The notes: generated by a model from the sequence alone, not told the origin. 64,000 bases of DNA from Eledone cirrhosa (GCA_964016885.1 OZ024754.1:21886001-21950000), one strand, 5' to 3'. Numbered from the stretch's first letter, positions 39,578-55,800 are shown. Translations and numbers: made by a program.

Positions 39578-39806
39578 CAGAGGTGTAACTAGGGCATGGC
39601 ACGTGCCGGGGGCGCCACATTGTATTAAAGTGAAATAAGCCTCGTTGGAAAGTGATAAAACAAATTTCTTCAGATGTATGATCTGTGTGTATGACGGGTG
39701 AGAAACACTGGTGGCTGGATTATTAAACCATTTATATAAATTATTAGGCCCATAGGTAAAAATACAGTGCTTGCCATAGGCGCTATTTTCTCTAGTTATG
39801 CCTCTG
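39578..39806. mobile_element. MITE, hAT-like (8-bp TSD)
   Basis: TIRs CAGAGGTGTAACTAG / CTAGTTATGCCTCTG; flanks TGTTTATG / TGTCTATG. Confidence 0.7.
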
Positions 39807-39926
39807 TGTCTATGTATATATATATATATTTGTCATTTATAAATTCATCACTTCATTTCTTTTAATCATTTTCTTTTCAAATTTTGTTTATTTCCTTTTA
39901 TTTTTTCCAATTAAATTTCAATAAAG

Positions 39927-40107
39927 AATGTACGGATCTTACGAAGCTCTGAAAGTGAATGTTTTTGAAGATGTCTTTGCTGATTTAACTGGTGGATTAA
40001 TAGAAAGCTACAAACTTCATGGAGCTGGTTCAAATGTTCCAGGAAACATCATTAACATTCTCTTTAAAGCTCTCGATAGATATTCTATTGTAGCTTGTGG
40101 CATAAAC
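39927..40107 (+). CDS. Calpain-family gene, exon C
   Basis: aaAG|A ATG TAC.. = (K)MYGSYEALKVNVFEDVFADLTGGLIESY..LFKALDRYSIVACGIN|GTaagt; enters in phase 2, leaves in phase 0. Confidence 0.93.
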
Positions 40108-40158
40108 GTAAGTAGATATCACAAGTGAATGTTTTTTCTGGGAATGGATATATATATA

Positions 40159-40487
40159 CAGTTGTCCCCCGATATTGGCAGGGGGCTACGTTATTAGAGC
40201 ACCCGCGAAGAGTGGAAAATTGAATATTGGACGTGGTCCATAAAAATGCCTATAAATGTGAAAATATAACGTAAAATATAATTAAAAAAGAGAGAGCGTC
40301 TTATGTGAAGGGGCGTCAAATAGGCTGGAAATTATGTATATTGTTATTAATAATTTAGTGATAAAAAATATACTTGTCACAAAAAAGGCCATAAAAAAAT
40401 CGGGGTGGTTTCCACGAACAATTATTAGTTAGGTATCTAAGGAAAATTCCGCGAATAACCAGGACCACGAATATTGGGGATACACTG
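40159..40487. mobile_element. MITE, pogo/Tigger-like (TA TSD)
   Basis: Imperfect TIRs CAGTTGTCCCCCGATATT / AATATTGGGGATACACTG flanked by TA. Confidence 0.6.
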
Positions 40488-41494
40488 TATATACATGTGT
40501 GTGTGTACGCTGTCGTTTTAGTGTCCACTTTCCCTGCTAGCATCATTTCATGACTATTTTTGCTTGCATGAGGTAGATGGGTTGTTTTGAGACAATTCAG
40601 GTCAGGTGACCATGTCTTGCTCATACAGATCTGTATTTACCTTGTTTTCTACTGCCAGATATCCTTCCTAACACCAACCATGTTACAGCATGGACCAGGT
40701 GGTTCTTCATCGTAGTACATGCACAACAACATACAGGGTGAACAGGGTGCGTTTTGATGTGTCACCAGCACAACTGCCTTATTTATATACACATATATGT
40801 GTGTCTGCGATATATATGGATATGGAGAAAACAAAGCTATCACCATCATCATTATTACTTTACATCCATTTTCCATGGACAGGTTTTTATTGTCTGAGAC
40901 ATGACTGGTTAGGGAATCATATCTTGGATGCCCTTGCTAATGGCAGTCACTTTACAGAGTATACTGGGTGCAAGTTATTGTAACACCAGCACTACCACTT
41001 CACAGAGTGTACTGGGTATATTTTATCATAAAGAAGTTGTGAAGTCCATAACAAGATCAAAGGGACGTTTTACCCTATGATGTTTTGGTTTCTATGCCTA
41101 CCATTGTTATTGCAACATTAGAAAGATTGTTTCATCCCCTGCAAGGTAAAGGAACTTCTCCACTGCATACAGTCTACCCTATCATGTCTAGTTTCTCGCT
41201 ATATTTACTGTCTGTGGGGTGCAACCCCAACACCGCTGCACCCTAGGTCCAGAGCCCATCACCCTTCCCTTCCCATTCTTCTGTGACCCTAGAGCCATTG
41301 CCTTTCCCTTCCTTTTCCATTTTTAAATATTAATAAAATTTCAAGTTATTCTATGTTTAAAAAAATGAACTTATTACTGTTTAGTATTTAGCCTATTTTT
41401 CCTTTTTGTTTCATTTCTTTCCTTCAGATTTACATAATTTTATTCCTAATAACCAGATATAAATGTCTTCTGTTTGACTTCTGTTTCTTTTCAG

Positions 41495-41578
41495 CCATTG
41501 TCACTAGATGAACAACAACGTGAACTTCCTAATGGTTTATTGTCAGGTCATATTTATAACATTACTGATTTGAGGCAG
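41495..41578 (+). CDS. Calpain-family gene, exon D (catalytic His, CAT 41549-41551)
   Basis: tttcAG|PLSLDEQQRELPNGLLSGHIYNITDLRQ|GTaata; 84 nt, phase 0/0; matches G-L-x-x-G-H-A-Y-S-I-T. Not in the ORF track. Confidence 0.92.
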
Positions 41579-41649
41579 GTAATATTTTAATGTTTTATTT
41601 TTGTTACACTTTAGAAATTCAATATTTTATTCTGAAATTTCATATGTAG

Positions 41650-41684
<35 letters not shown>

Positions 41685-41814
41685 AAGGTATTAATGGAAA
41701 AATTATACTTCTTTCATCAAAAAACTATATATGTTGATTTGTTTAAAAATATAACCTTTTGAGATAGGGCCATTCTTTTTGATACACCTTCTGTGTATAT
41801 ATATATATATATAA

Positions 41815-43390
41815 TATATATAAGATCAAAAGATGGTTAAATGAGTTCCATGTATTTTATTATGCGCATTTCAAAAACAAATATCATCATGCAATAACAT
41901 TTGTGTTTTCATCAGATAAAATAGGAAGACATGATATGAAGGTTAAAAACACTTGTGGATAGTGCAGTTTTAAATCAACATATGAAAAGTAGTTTTAGAT
42001 TGATGTGTGATATTGGGGAAAAATTTTTTTTTGAGGCGGGTGGGATGAAAAAGAGGAGGAGATGAGAGTAAAAAGTGGAGGGGGAGGTGTATAATGAGGA
42101 AGGATGAGATAGGAGGAGAGATGGGTGATAGAGAGAGAGATAGCTTTTATAACTGAGAAAAATATATTGTTTTACATAGAGAGGTTGAAAAACCGTTGGA
42201 AGATAATGTATAAATTAAAAGAATTTGAAAATTAACGAAGAGAAAAATAATGTAAAGTTAAGGTTTGTATATTGAAGGGTTTAATAATATGTGCGATGAA
42301 AAGAAATTGTTAATATGTATTAAGAATAATATTTAAGGATTTAATAATATGTGCGATGGAAAGAAAATGTTAATATGTATTAAGAATAACATTTAAGGCT
42401 TTAATAATATGTGCGATGGAAAGAAAATGTTGATATGTATTATTAAAAAAACAAAAGTAATGTAAGTAAGGATATATTGTGAGATGAGCATGAATAAGTT
42501 AGATGAAAGTGAGAAAAAAATAATGAATAGAGGATGAATAATCTAACGTAAAAAAAAATGTTTATGTTTACGAAGGATTTTTTCAAGGTGATATAAAGTA
42601 AGAATATATTGTATTGTGTAATAATTGTTTCTATATTAGGCACAGTGAGAAAAGGTACAGATTAGGGGTTAGAAATTAAAAGAAAAAGAAAAGAAAAGGA
42701 AAAGGAAGAAAGGGAAGTGATAAATAGGAGTGATATAGAATGAGTAACAAGTATTATATAATGTATAATAAATAACTTTGAAATAAGGTAGAAAGATGGG
42801 AATATTTTTAAAGAAGTATATATATATATATATATATATATGTGCCTTTGAGAAAAGGATTCTGAATTGATAAAGTTTAGGATATTAGCTGTATACTTTA
42901 TGGAAAGTTCTGTGGAATTTATGCAAGCAGATAGAAAACAAGTCAGTGCGTCTATTTATTATAGAATCTAAATTAGATATAATGGTAAATTTTTTATTTA
43001 GACAGAGATTGCAAGTCGTGGATAGAAAACTGTTCAAATATGAAGAAGCAGAAGAAACCTTTTTCCAAGAGATGTTATATTTAATATTTTTGTCTTTCAA
43101 GGACCATATGAGTTCTGAGAGAGCCGTGTTGGTTCTTTTAAGTTGGTATTTATTTATTTTCATCCCCCCAAAAAAAAATTTTTTTTCCCCAATATCACAC
43201 ATCAATCTAAAACTACTTTTCATATGTTGATTTAAAACTGCACTATCCACAAGTGTTTTTAACCTTCATATCATGTCTTCCTATTTTATCTGATGAAAAC
43301 ACAAATGTTGCATGATGATATTTATTTTTGAAATGCGCATAATAAAATACATGGAACTCATTTAACCATCTTTTGATCTTATATATTATG
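41815..43390 (-). mobile_element. PLE remnant with ~210-bp inverted repeats (41815-42030 / 43170-43385) and a GIY-YIG C-terminal fragment
   Basis: TALSELIWSLKDKNIKYNISW..CNLCLNKK..INRRTDLFSICLHK at 42885-43150; three-copy ~60-bp tandem at 42280-42443. Confidence 0.7.
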
Positions 43391-43470
43391 TATACTCCAG
43401 TCCTACAAACTGTAGAGTGTTTCTTATCCGATATCTGCATTGCTTTATTGTACTACAATAAAACTTACCT

Positions 43471-43534
<64 letters not shown>

Positions 43535-43597
43535 GACACATGAGAGAGAGAGACGGTTAGATACACTTATATATCGGCACACTGTTTATCATTCCAG

Positions 43598-43698
43598 CTT
43601 TTGCTGCCCTCTGATCAAGGGAATCGTTCAGTCACTCTGATAAGAATCCGAAACCCCTGGGGTAAACCTATTGCCTGGAATGGACCATGGAATGAAAG
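43598..43698 (+). CDS. Calpain-family gene, exon E (catalytic Asn, AAC 43652-43654)
   Basis: ttccAG|LLLPSDQGNRSVTLIRIRNPWGKPIAWNGPWNE+AG|GTaatc; canonical LIRIRNPWG..W.G.W. Not in the ORF track. Confidence 0.93.
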
Positions 43699-43870
43699 GT
43701 AATCTCCAATAAGTTCCTTTTAAGTATTTTTGTTCTTTTATTTCATTTCTTTGCTTCAGATATTTTTATATTTTCTAAAATTAAATATTTTAAGTGTTTT
43801 TTTATTAATATATATATATATATATTTTTTGTGTGTAAAATTTCATTATTCATGTGTTTAGTGTCTGTGG

Positions 43871-46800
43871 GAGGTAGATGGGGGTATGGTATATGTGAGG
43901 TAGATGGAGGTATGTTATATATGTGGTAGATGGAGGTATGTTATATATGTGGTAGATGGAGGTATGTTATATGTGTGGTAGATGGAGGTATGTTATATAT
44001 GTGGTAGATGGAAGTATGTTATATGTGTGTGGTAGATGGATGTATGTTATATATGTGGTAGATGGAGGTATGTTATATGTGTGTGGTAGATGGAGGTATG
44101 TTATATAAGTGGTAGATGGAGGTATGTTATATGTGTGTGGTAGATGGAGGTATGTTATATATGTGGTAGATGGAGGTATGTTATATAAGTGGTAGATGTA
44201 GGTATGTTATATATATGTGGTAGATGGAGGTATGTTATATATGTGTGGTAGATGGAGGTATGTTATATGTGTGTGGTAGATGGAGGTATGTTATATAAGT
44301 GGTAGATGGAGGTATGTTATATGTGTGTGGTAGATGGAGGTATGTTATATATGTGGTAGATGGAGGTATGTTATATGTGTGTGGTAGATGGAGGTATGTT
44401 ATATAAGTGGTAGATGGAGGTATGTTATATGTGTGTGGTAGATGGAGGTATGTTATATATATGTGGTAGATGGAGGTATGTTATATATATGTGGTAGATG
44501 GAGGTATGTTATATATATGTGGTAGATGGAGGTATGTTATATATATGTGGTAGATGGAGGTATGTTATATATATGTGGTAGATGGAGGTATGTTATATAT
44601 GTGGTAGATGGAGGTATGTTATATATGTGGTAGATGGAGGTATGTTATATATATGTGGTAGATGGAGGTATGTTATATGTGTGTGGTAGATGGAGGTATG
44701 TTATATGTGTGTGGTAGATGGAGGTATGTTATATATATGTGGTAGATGGAGGTATTTTATATGTGTGTGGTAGCTGGAGGTATGTTATATGCGTGGTAGA
44801 TGGAGGTATGTTATATATATGTGTTAGATGGAGGTATGTTATATGTGTGGTAGATGGAGGTATGTTATATATATGTGGTAGATGGAGGTATGTTATATAT
44901 ATGTGGTAGATGGAGGTATGTTATATGCGTGGTACATGTAGGTATGTTATATATGTGGTAGATGGAGGTATGTTATATATGTGGTAGATGGAGGTATGTT
45001 ATATATGTGGTAGATGGAGGTATGTTATATGTGTGTGGTAGATGGAGGTATGTTATATATGTGTGGTAGATGGAGGAATAGTATCTATATATATCTGTGG
45101 TAGATGGAGGTATGTTATATATGTGTGGTAGATGGAGGTATGTTATGTGTGTGGTAGATGGATGTATGTTATATATATGTGGTAGATGGAGGTATGTTAT
45201 GTGTGTGGTAGATGGAGGTATGTTATATATGTGGTAGATTGAGGTATGTTATATATGTGGTAGATGGATGTATGTTATATATATGTGGTAGATGGAGGTA
45301 TGTTATATGTGTGGTAGATGTAGATATGTTATATATATGTGGTAGATGGAGGTATGTTATATGTGAAGTAGATGGAGGTATGTTATATATGTGTGGTAGA
45401 TGGAGATATGTTATATATGTGTGGTAGATGGAGGTATGTTATATGTGTGGTAGATGGAGGTATGTTATATGTGTGTGGTAGATGTAGGTATGTTATATAT
45501 GTGGTAGATGGAGGTATGTTATATGTGTGTGGTAGATGGAGGTATGTTATATATGTGGTAGATGGAGGTATGTTATGTGGTAGATGGAGGTATGTTATAT
45601 ATATGTGGTAGATGGATGTATGTTATATATATGTGGTAGATGGAGGTATGTTATGTGATAGATGTAGGTATGTTATATATGTGGTAGATGGAAGTATGTT
45701 ATATATGTGTGGTAGATGGAGGTATGTTATGTATATGTGGTAGATGGAGGTATGTTATATGTGTGTGGTAGATGGAGGTATGTTATATATGTGTGGTAGA
45801 TGTAGGTATGTTATATATGTGGTAGATGGAGGTATGTTATATATGTGGTAGATGGAGGTATGTTATATATGTGGTAGATGGAGGTATGTTACATATGTCT
45901 GGTAGATGGAGGTATGTTATGTGTGTGTTAGATGAAGGTATGTTATATATGTGGTAGATTGAGGTATGTTATATATGTGGTAGATGGATGTATGTTATAT
46001 ATATGTGGTAGATGGAGGTATGTTATATGTGTGGTAGATGTAGATATGTTATATATATGTGGTAGATGGAGGTATGTTATATGTGAGGTAGATGGAGGTA
46101 TGTTATATATGTGTGGTAGATGGAGATATGTTATATATGTGTGGTAGATGGAGGTATGTTATATGTGTGGTAGATGGAGGTATGTTATATGTGTGTGGTA
46201 GATGTAGGTATGTTATATATGTGGTAGATGGAGGTATGTTATATGTGTGTGGTAGATGGAGGTATGTTATATATGTGGTAGATGGAGGTATGTTATATAT
46301 ATGTGGTAGATGGATGTATGTTATATATATATGGAAGATGGAGGTATGTTATATATATGTGGTAGAGGGATGTATGTTATATGTGTAGTAGATGGAGGTA
46401 TGTTATATGTGTGATAGTAGGAGGTATGTTATCTATGTGGTAGATGGAGGTATGTTATATGCATGGTAGATGGAATTATATTATATGCATGGTAGATGGA
46501 GGTATGTTATATATGTGTGGTAGATGGAGGTATGTTATGTATATGTGGTAGATGGAGGTATGTTATATGTGTGTGGTAGATGGAGGTATGTTATATATGT
46601 GTGGTAGATGTAGGTATGTTATATATGTAGTAGATGGAGGTATGTTATATATGTGGTAGATGGAGGTATGTTATATATGTGGTAGATGGAGGTATGTTAC
46701 ATATGGCTGGTAGATGGAGGTATGTTATGTGTGTGTTAGATGAAGGTATGTTATATATGTGGTAGATTGAGGTATGTTATATATGTGGTAGATGGATGTA

Positions 46801-49800
46801 TGTTATATATATGTGGTAGATGGAGGTATGTTATATGTGTGTGGTAGATGGAGGTATGTTATATATATGTGGTAGATGGAGGTATGTTATATATATGTGG
46901 TAGATGGAGGTATGTTATATATATGTGGTAGATGGAGGTATGTTATATATATGTGGTAGATGGAGGTATGTTATATATGTGGTAGATGGAGGTATGTTAT
47001 ATATGTGGTAGATGGAGGTATGTTATATATGTGGTAGATGGAGGTATGTTATATATGTGGTAGATGGAGGTATGTTATATATGTGGTAGATGGAGGTATG
47101 TTATATGTGTGTGGTAGATGGAGGTATGTTATATGCGTGTGGTAGATAGAGGTATGTTATATATATGTGGTAGATGGAGGTATGTTATATATATGTGGTA
47201 GATGGAGGTATGTTATATATATGTGGTAGATGGAGGTATGTTATGTGTGGTAGATGGAGGTATGTTATATATATGTGGTAGATGGAGGTATGTTATATAT
47301 ATGTGGTAGATGGAGGTATGTTATATACATGTGGTAGATGGATGTATGTTATATATATGTGGTAGATGGAGGTATGTTATATATGTGATAGATGGAGGTA
47401 TGTTATATATGTGGTAGATGGAGGTATGTTATATATGTGGTAGATGGAGGTATGTTATATATGTGGTAGATGGAGGTATGTTATATGTGTGTGGTAGATG
47501 GAGGTATGTTATATATATGTCGTAGATGGAGGTATGTTATATGTGTGTGGTAGATGGAGGTATGTTATATATGTGTGGTAGATGTAGGTATGTTATATAT
47601 GTGGTAGATGGAGGTATGGTATATATGTGGTAGATGGAGGTATGTTATATATGTGGTAGATGGAGGTATGTTATATATGTCTGGTAGATGGAGGTATGTT
47701 ATGTGTGTGGTAGATGGAGGTATGTTATATATGTGGTAGATGGAGGTATGTTATATATGTGGTAGATGGATGTATGTTATATATATGTGGTAGATGGAGG
47801 TATGTTATATGTGTGGTAGATGTAGATATGTTATATATATGTGGTAGATGGAGGTATGTTATATATGTGGTAGATGGAGATATGTTATATATGTGTGGTA
47901 GATGGAGGTATGTTATATGTGTGGTAGATGGAGGTATGTTATATGTGTGTGGTAGATGTAGGTATGTTATATATGTGGTAGATGGAGGTATGTTATATGT
48001 GTGTGGTAGATGGAGGTATGTTATATATGTGGTAGATGGAGGTATGTTATATGTGTGTGGTAGATGGAGGTATGTTATATATATGTGGTAGATGGAGGTA
48101 TGTTATATATATGTGGTAGATGGAGGTATGTTATATATGTGTGGTAGATGGAGGTATGTTATATATGTGGTAGATAGAGGTATGTTATATATATGTGGTA
48201 GATGGAGGTATGTTATATGTGTGTGGTAGATGGAGGTATGTTATATGTGTGTGGTAGATGGAGGTATGTTATATATGTGGTAGATGGAGGTATGTTATAT
48301 GTGTGTGGTAGATGGAGGTATGTTATATATATGTGGTAGATGGAGGTATGTTATATATATGTGGTAGATGGAGGTATGTTATATATATGTGGTAGATGGA
48401 GGTATGTTATATATATGTGGTAGATGGAGGTATGTTATATGTGTGTGGTAGATGGAGGTATGTTATATGTGTGTGGTAGATGGAGGTATGTTATATATGT
48501 GGTAGATGGAGGTATGTTATATATATGTGGTAGATGGAGGTATGTTATATATATGTGGTAGATGGAGGTATGTTATATGTGTGTGGTAGATGGAGGTATG
48601 TTATATATGTGGTAGATGGAGGTATGTTATATATGTGGTAGATAGAGGTATGTTATATATATGTGGTAGATGGAGGTATGTTATATGTGTGTGGTAGATG
48701 GAGGTATGTTATATGTGTGTGGTAGATGGAGGTATGTTATATATATGTGGTAGATGGAGGTATGTTGTATATGTGATAGATGTAGGTATGTTATATATTT
48801 GGTAGATGGAAGTATGTTATATGTGTGTGGTAGATGGAGGTATGTTATATATGTGGTAGATGGAGGTATGTTATATATGTCTGGTAGATGGAGGTATGTT
48901 ATGTGTGTGGTAGATGGAGGTATGTTATATATGTGGTAGATTGAGGTATGTTATATATGTGGTAGATGGATGTATGTTATATATATGTGGTAGATGGAGG
49001 TATGTTATATGTGTGGTAGATGTAGATATGTTATATATATGTGGTAGATGGAGGTATGTTATATGTGAGGTAGATGGAGGTATGTTATATATGTGTGGTA
49101 GATGGAGATATGTTATATATGTGTGGTAGATGGAGGTATGTTATATGTGTGGTAGATGGAGGTATGTTATATGTGTGTGGTAGATGTAGGTATGTTATAT
49201 ATGTGGTAGATGGAGGTATGTTATATATATGTGGTAGATGGATGTATGTTATATATATATGGTAGATGGAGGTATGTTATATGTGTGTGGTAGATGGAGG
49301 TATGTTATATGTGTGTGGTAGATGGAGGTATGTTATATATGTGGTAGATGGAGGTATGTTATATATATGTGGTAGATGGATGTATGTTATATATATATGG
49401 TAGATGGAGGTATGTTATATATATGTGGTAGAGGGATGTATGTTATATGTGTAGTAGATGGAGGTATGTTATATGTGTGATAGTAGGAGGTATGTTATAT
49501 ATGTGGTAGATGGAGGTATGTTATATGCATGGTAGATGGAATTATATTATATACATGGTAGATGGAGGTATGTTATATATGTGTGGTAGATGTAGGTATG
49601 TTATGTATGTGGTAGATGGAGGTATGTTATGTGTGTGGTAGATGGAGGTATGTTATATGTGTGGTAGATGGAAGTATGTTATATGTGTGTGGTAGATGGA
49701 TGTATGTTATATATGTGGTAGATGGAGGTATGTTATATGTGTGTGGTAGATGGAGGTATTTTATCTGTGTGTGGTAGATGTAGGTATGTTATATGTGTGT

Positions 49801-52800
49801 GGTAGATGGAGGTATGTTATATGTGTGTGGTAGATGGAGGTATGTTATATATATGTGGTAGATGGAGGTATGTTATATATATGTGGTAGATGGAGGTATG
49901 TTATATATATGTGGTAGATGGAGGTATGTTATATATGTGGTAGATGGAGGTATGTTATATATGTGGTAGATGGAGGTATGTTATATATATGTGGTAGATG
50001 GAGGTATGTTATATGTGTGTGGTAGATGGAGGTATGTTATATGCGTGTGGTAGATAGAGGTATGTTATATATATGTGGTAGATGGAGGTATGTTATATAT
50101 ATGTGGTAGATGGAGGTATGTTATATATATGTGGTAGATGGAGGTATGTTATATGTGTGGTAGATGGAGGTATGTTATATATATGTGGTAGATGGAGGTA
50201 TGTTATATATGTGATAGATGGAGGTATGTTATATATGTGGTAGATGGAAGTATGTTATATGTGTGTGGTAGATGGAGGTATGTTATATATATGTGGTAGA
50301 TGGAGGTATGTTATATACATGTGGTAGATGTATGTATGTTATATATATGTGGTAGATGGAGGTATGTTATATATGTGATAGATGGAGGTATGTTATATAT
50401 GTGGTAGATGGAAGTATGTTATATGTGTGTGGTAGATGGAGGTATGTTATATATATGTGGTAGATGGATGTATGTTATATGTGTGTGGTAGATGGAGGTA
50501 TGTTATATATGTGTGGTAGATGTAGGTATGTTATATATGTGGTAGATGGAGGTATGTTATATATGTGGTAGATGGAGGTATGTTATATATGTGGTAGATG
50601 GAGGTATGTTATATATGTCTGGTAGATGGAGGTATGTTATGTGTGTGGTAGATGGAGGTATGTTATATATGTGGTAGATGGAGGTATGTTATATATGTGG
50701 TAGATGGATGTATGTTATATATATGTGGTAGATGGAGGTATGTTATATGTGTGGTAGATGTAGATATGTTATATATATGTGGTAGATGGAGGTATGTTAT
50801 ATATGTGGTAGATGGAGATATGTTATATATGTGTGGTAGATGGAGGTATGTTATATATGTGGTAGATGGAGGTATGTTATATATATGTGGTAGATGGATG
50901 TATGTTATATATATATGGTAGATAGAGGTATGTTATATATATGTGGTAGAGGGATGTATGTTATATGTGTGATAGTAGGAGGTATGTTATATATGTGGTA
51001 GATGGAGGTATGTTATATGCATGGTAGATGGAGGTATATTAAATGCATGGTAGATGGAGGTATGTTATATATGTGTGGTAGATGTAGGTATGTTATGTAT
51101 GTGGTAGATGGAGGTATGTTATGTGTGTGGTAGATGGAGGTATGTTATATGTGTGGTAGATGGAAGTATGTTATATGTGTGTGGTAGATGGATGTATGTT
51201 ATATATGTGGTAGATGGAGGTATGTTATATGTGTGTGGTAGATGGAGGTATTTTATATGTGTGTGGTAGATGTAGGTATGTTATATATGTGGTAGATGGA
51301 GGTATGTTATATGTGTGTGGTAGATGGAGGTATGTTATATATATGTGGTAGATGGAGGTATGTTATATATATGTGGTAGATGGAGGTATGTTATATATGT
51401 GGTAGATGGAGGTATGTTATATATGTGGTAGATGGAGGTATGTTATATATGTGGTAGATGGAGGTATGTTATATATGTGGTAGATGGAGGTATGTTATAT
51501 ATGTGGTAGATGGAGGTATGTTATATATATGTGGTAGATGGAGGTATGTTATATGCGTAGTAGATGTAGGTATGTTATATATGTGGTAGATGGAGGTATG
51601 TTATATATGTGGTAGATGGAGGTATGTTATATATATGTGGTAGATGGAGGTATGTTATATGTGTGTGGTAGATGGAGGTATCTTATATGTGTGGTAGATG
51701 TAGGTATGTTATATATATGTGGTAGATGAAGGTATGTTATATATGTGTGGTAGATGGAGGTATGTTATATATATGTGGTAGATGGAGGTATGTTATATGT
51801 GAGGTAAATGGAGGTATGTTATATATGTGGTAGATGGAGATATGTTATATATGTGTGGTAGATGGAGGTATGTTATATGTGTGGTAGATGGAGGTATGTT
51901 ATATGTGTGTGGTAGATGTAGGTATGTTATATATGTGGTAGATGGAGGTATGTTATATGTGTGTGGTAGATGGAGGTATGTTATATATGTGGTAGATGGA
52001 GGTATGTTATATATATGTGGTAGATGGATGTATGTTATATATATATGGTAGATAGAGGTATGTTATATATATGTGGTAGAGGGATGTATGTTATATGTGT
52101 GATAGTAGGAGGTATGTTATATATGTGGTAGATGGAGGTATGTTATATGCATGGTAGATGGAGGTATATTAAATGCATGGTAGATGGAGGTATGTTATAT
52201 ATGTGTGGTAGATGTAGGTATGTTATGTATGTGGTAGATGGAGGTATGTTATGTGTGTGGTAGATGGAGGTATGTTATATGTGTGGTAGATGGAAGTATG
52301 TTATATGTGTGTGGTAGATGGATGTATGTTATATATGTGGTAGATGGAGGTATGTTATATGTGTGTGGTAGATGGAGTTATGTTATATATATGTGGTAGA
52401 TGGAGGTATGTTATATGTGTTGTAGATGGAGGTATGTTATATGTGTGTGGTAGATGGAGGTATGTTATATATGTGTGGTAGATGGAGGAATAGTATCTAT
52501 ATATATCTATGGTAGATGGAGGTATGTTATATATGTGTGGTAGATGGAGGTATGTTATGTGTGTGGTAGATGGAGGTATGTTATATATGTGGTAGATGGA
52601 TGTATGTTATATATATGTGGTAGATGGAGGTATGTTATATATGTGATAGATGGAGGTATGTATTATATGTGGTAGATGGAAGTATGTTATATGTGTGTGG
52701 TAGATGGAGGTATGTTATATGTGTGTGGTAGATGGAGGTATGTTATATATGTGTGGTAGATGTAGGTATGTTATATATGTGGTAGATGGAGGAATGTTAT

Positions 52801-55800
52801 ATATGTGGTAGATGGAGGTATGTTATATATGTGGCAGATGTAGGTATGTTATATATGTGGTAGATGGATGTATGTTATATATATGTGGTAGATGGAGGTA
52901 TGTTATATGTGTGGTAGATGTAGATATGTTATATATATGTGGTAGATGGAGGTATGTTATATGTGAGGTAAATGGAGGTATGTTATATATGTGGTAGATG
53001 GAGATATGTTATATATGTGTGGTAGATGGAGGTATGTTATATGTGTGGTAGATGGAGGTATGTTATATGTGTGTGGTAGATGTAGGTATGTTATATGTGT
53101 GTGGTAGATGGAGGTATGTTATATATGTGGTAGATGGAGGTATGTTATATATATGTGGTAGATGGACGTATGTTATATATATATGGTAGATGGAGGTATG
53201 TTATATATATGTGGTAGAGGGATGTATGTTATATGTGTAGTAGATGGAGGTATGTTATATGTGTGATAGTAGGAGGTATGTTATATATGTGGTAGATGGA
53301 GGTATGTTATATGCATGGTAGATGGAGGTATATTATATGCATGGTAGATGGACGTATGTTATATATGTGTGGTAGATGTAGGTATGTTATGTATGTGGTA
53401 GATGGAGGTATGTTATTTGTGTGGTAGATGGAGGTATGTTATATGTGTGGAATGTAGGTATTTTATATGTGTGGTAGATGGAGGTATGTTATACATGTGG
53501 TAGATGGAGATATGTTATATATGTGTGGTAGATGGAGGTATGTTATGTGTGGTAGATGGAGGAATGTTATATGTGTGGAAGATGGAGGTATGTTATATAT
53601 ATGTGGTAGATGGAGGTATGTTATATGTGTGGAAGATGGAGGTATGTTATATATATGTGGTAGATGGAGGTATGTTATATATGTGGTAGATGGAGGTATG
53701 TTATATATGTGGTAGATGGAGGTATGTTATATATGTGGTAGATGGAGGTATGTTATATATGTGGTAGATGGAGGTATGTTATGTATGTGGTAGATGGAGG
53801 TATGTTATATATGTGGTAGATGGAGGTATGTTATATATGTGGTAGATGGAGGTATGTTATATATGTGGTAGATGGAGGTATGTTATATATGTGGTAGATG
53901 GAGGTATGTTATGTATGTGGTAGATGGAGGTATGTTATATATGTGGTAGATGGAGGTATGTTATATATGTGGTAGATGGAGGTATGTTATATATGTGTGG
54001 TAGATGGAGGTATGTTATATATGTGGTAGATGGATGTATGTTATATATGTGTGGTAGATGGAGGTATGTTATATATGTGGTAGATGGAGGTATGTTATAT
54101 ATGTGTGGTAGATGGAGGTATGTTATATATGTGGTAGATGGAAGTATGTTATATGTGTGTGGTAGATGGAGGTATGTTATATATGTGGTAGATGGAGGTA
54201 TGTTATATGTGTGGTAGATGGAGGAATGTTATATATGTGGTAGATGGAGGTATGTTATATATGTGGCAGATGTAGGTATGTTATATATGTGGTAGATGGA
54301 TGTATGTTATATATATGTGGTAGATGGAGGTATGTTATATGTGTGGTAGATGTAGATATGTTATATATATGTGGTAGATGGAGGTATGTTATATGTGAGG
54401 TAAATGGAGGTATGTTATATATGTGGTAGATGGAGATATGTTATATATGTGTGGTAGATGGAGGTATGTTATATGTGTGGTAGATGGAGGTATGTTATAT
54501 GTGTGTGGTAGATGTAGGTATGTTATATATGTGGTAGATGGAGGTATGTTATATGTGTGTGGTAGATGGAGGTATGTTATATATGTGGAAGATGGAGGTA
54601 TGTTATATATATGTGGTAGATGGATGTATGTTATATATATATGGTAGATGGAGGTATGTTATATATATGTGGTAGAGGGATGTATGTTATATGTGTAGTA
54701 GATGGAGGTATGTTATATGTGTGATAGTAGGAGGTATGTTATATATGTGGTAGATGGAGGTATGTTATATGCAAGGTAGATGGAGGTATATTATATGCAT
54801 GGTAGATGGACGTATGTTATATATGTGTGGTAGATGTAGGTATGTTATGTATGTGGTAGATGGAGGTATGTTATTTGTGTGGTAGATGGAGGTATGTTAT
54901 ATGTGTGGAATGTAGGTATTTTATATGTGTGGTAGATGGAGGTATGTTATACATGTGGTAGATGGAGATATGTTATATATGTGTGGTAGATGGAGGTATG
55001 TTATGTGTGGTAGATGGAGGAATGTTATATGTGTGGAAGATGGAGGTATGTTATATATATGTGGTAGATGGAGGTATGTTATATGTGTGGAAGATGGAGG
55101 TATGTTATATATATGTGGTAGATGGAGGTATGTTATATATATGTGGTAGATGGAGGTATGTTATATATGTGTGATAGATGGAGGTAGGTTATATGTGTGG
55201 TAGATGGATGTATGTTATATGTGTGGTAGATGGATGTATGTTATATGTGTGGTAGATGGAGGTATGTTATATATGTGATAGATGGAGGTATGTTATATAT
55301 GTGGTAGATGGAGGTATGTTATATATGTGGTAGATGGAGGTATGTTATATATGTGGTAGATGGAGGTATGTTATATATGTGGTAGATGGAGGTATGTTAT
55401 GTATGTGGTAGATGGAGGTATGTTATATATGTGGTAGATGGAGGTATGTTATATATGTGGTAGATGGAGGTATGTTATATATGTGGTAGATGGAGTTATG
55501 TTATATATGTGGTAGATGGAGGTATGTTATATATGTGGTAGATGGAGGTATGTTATATATGTGGTAGATGGAGGTATGTTATGTATGTGGTAGATGGAGG
55601 TATGTTATATATGTGGTAGATGGAGGTATGTTATATATGTGGTAGATGGAGGTATGTTATATATGTGGTAGATGGAGGTATGTTATATATGTGGTAGATG
55701 GAGGTATGTTATGTATGTGGTAGATGGAGGTATGTTATATATGTGGTAGATGGAGGTATGTTATATATGTGGTAGATGGAGGTATGTTATATATGTGTGG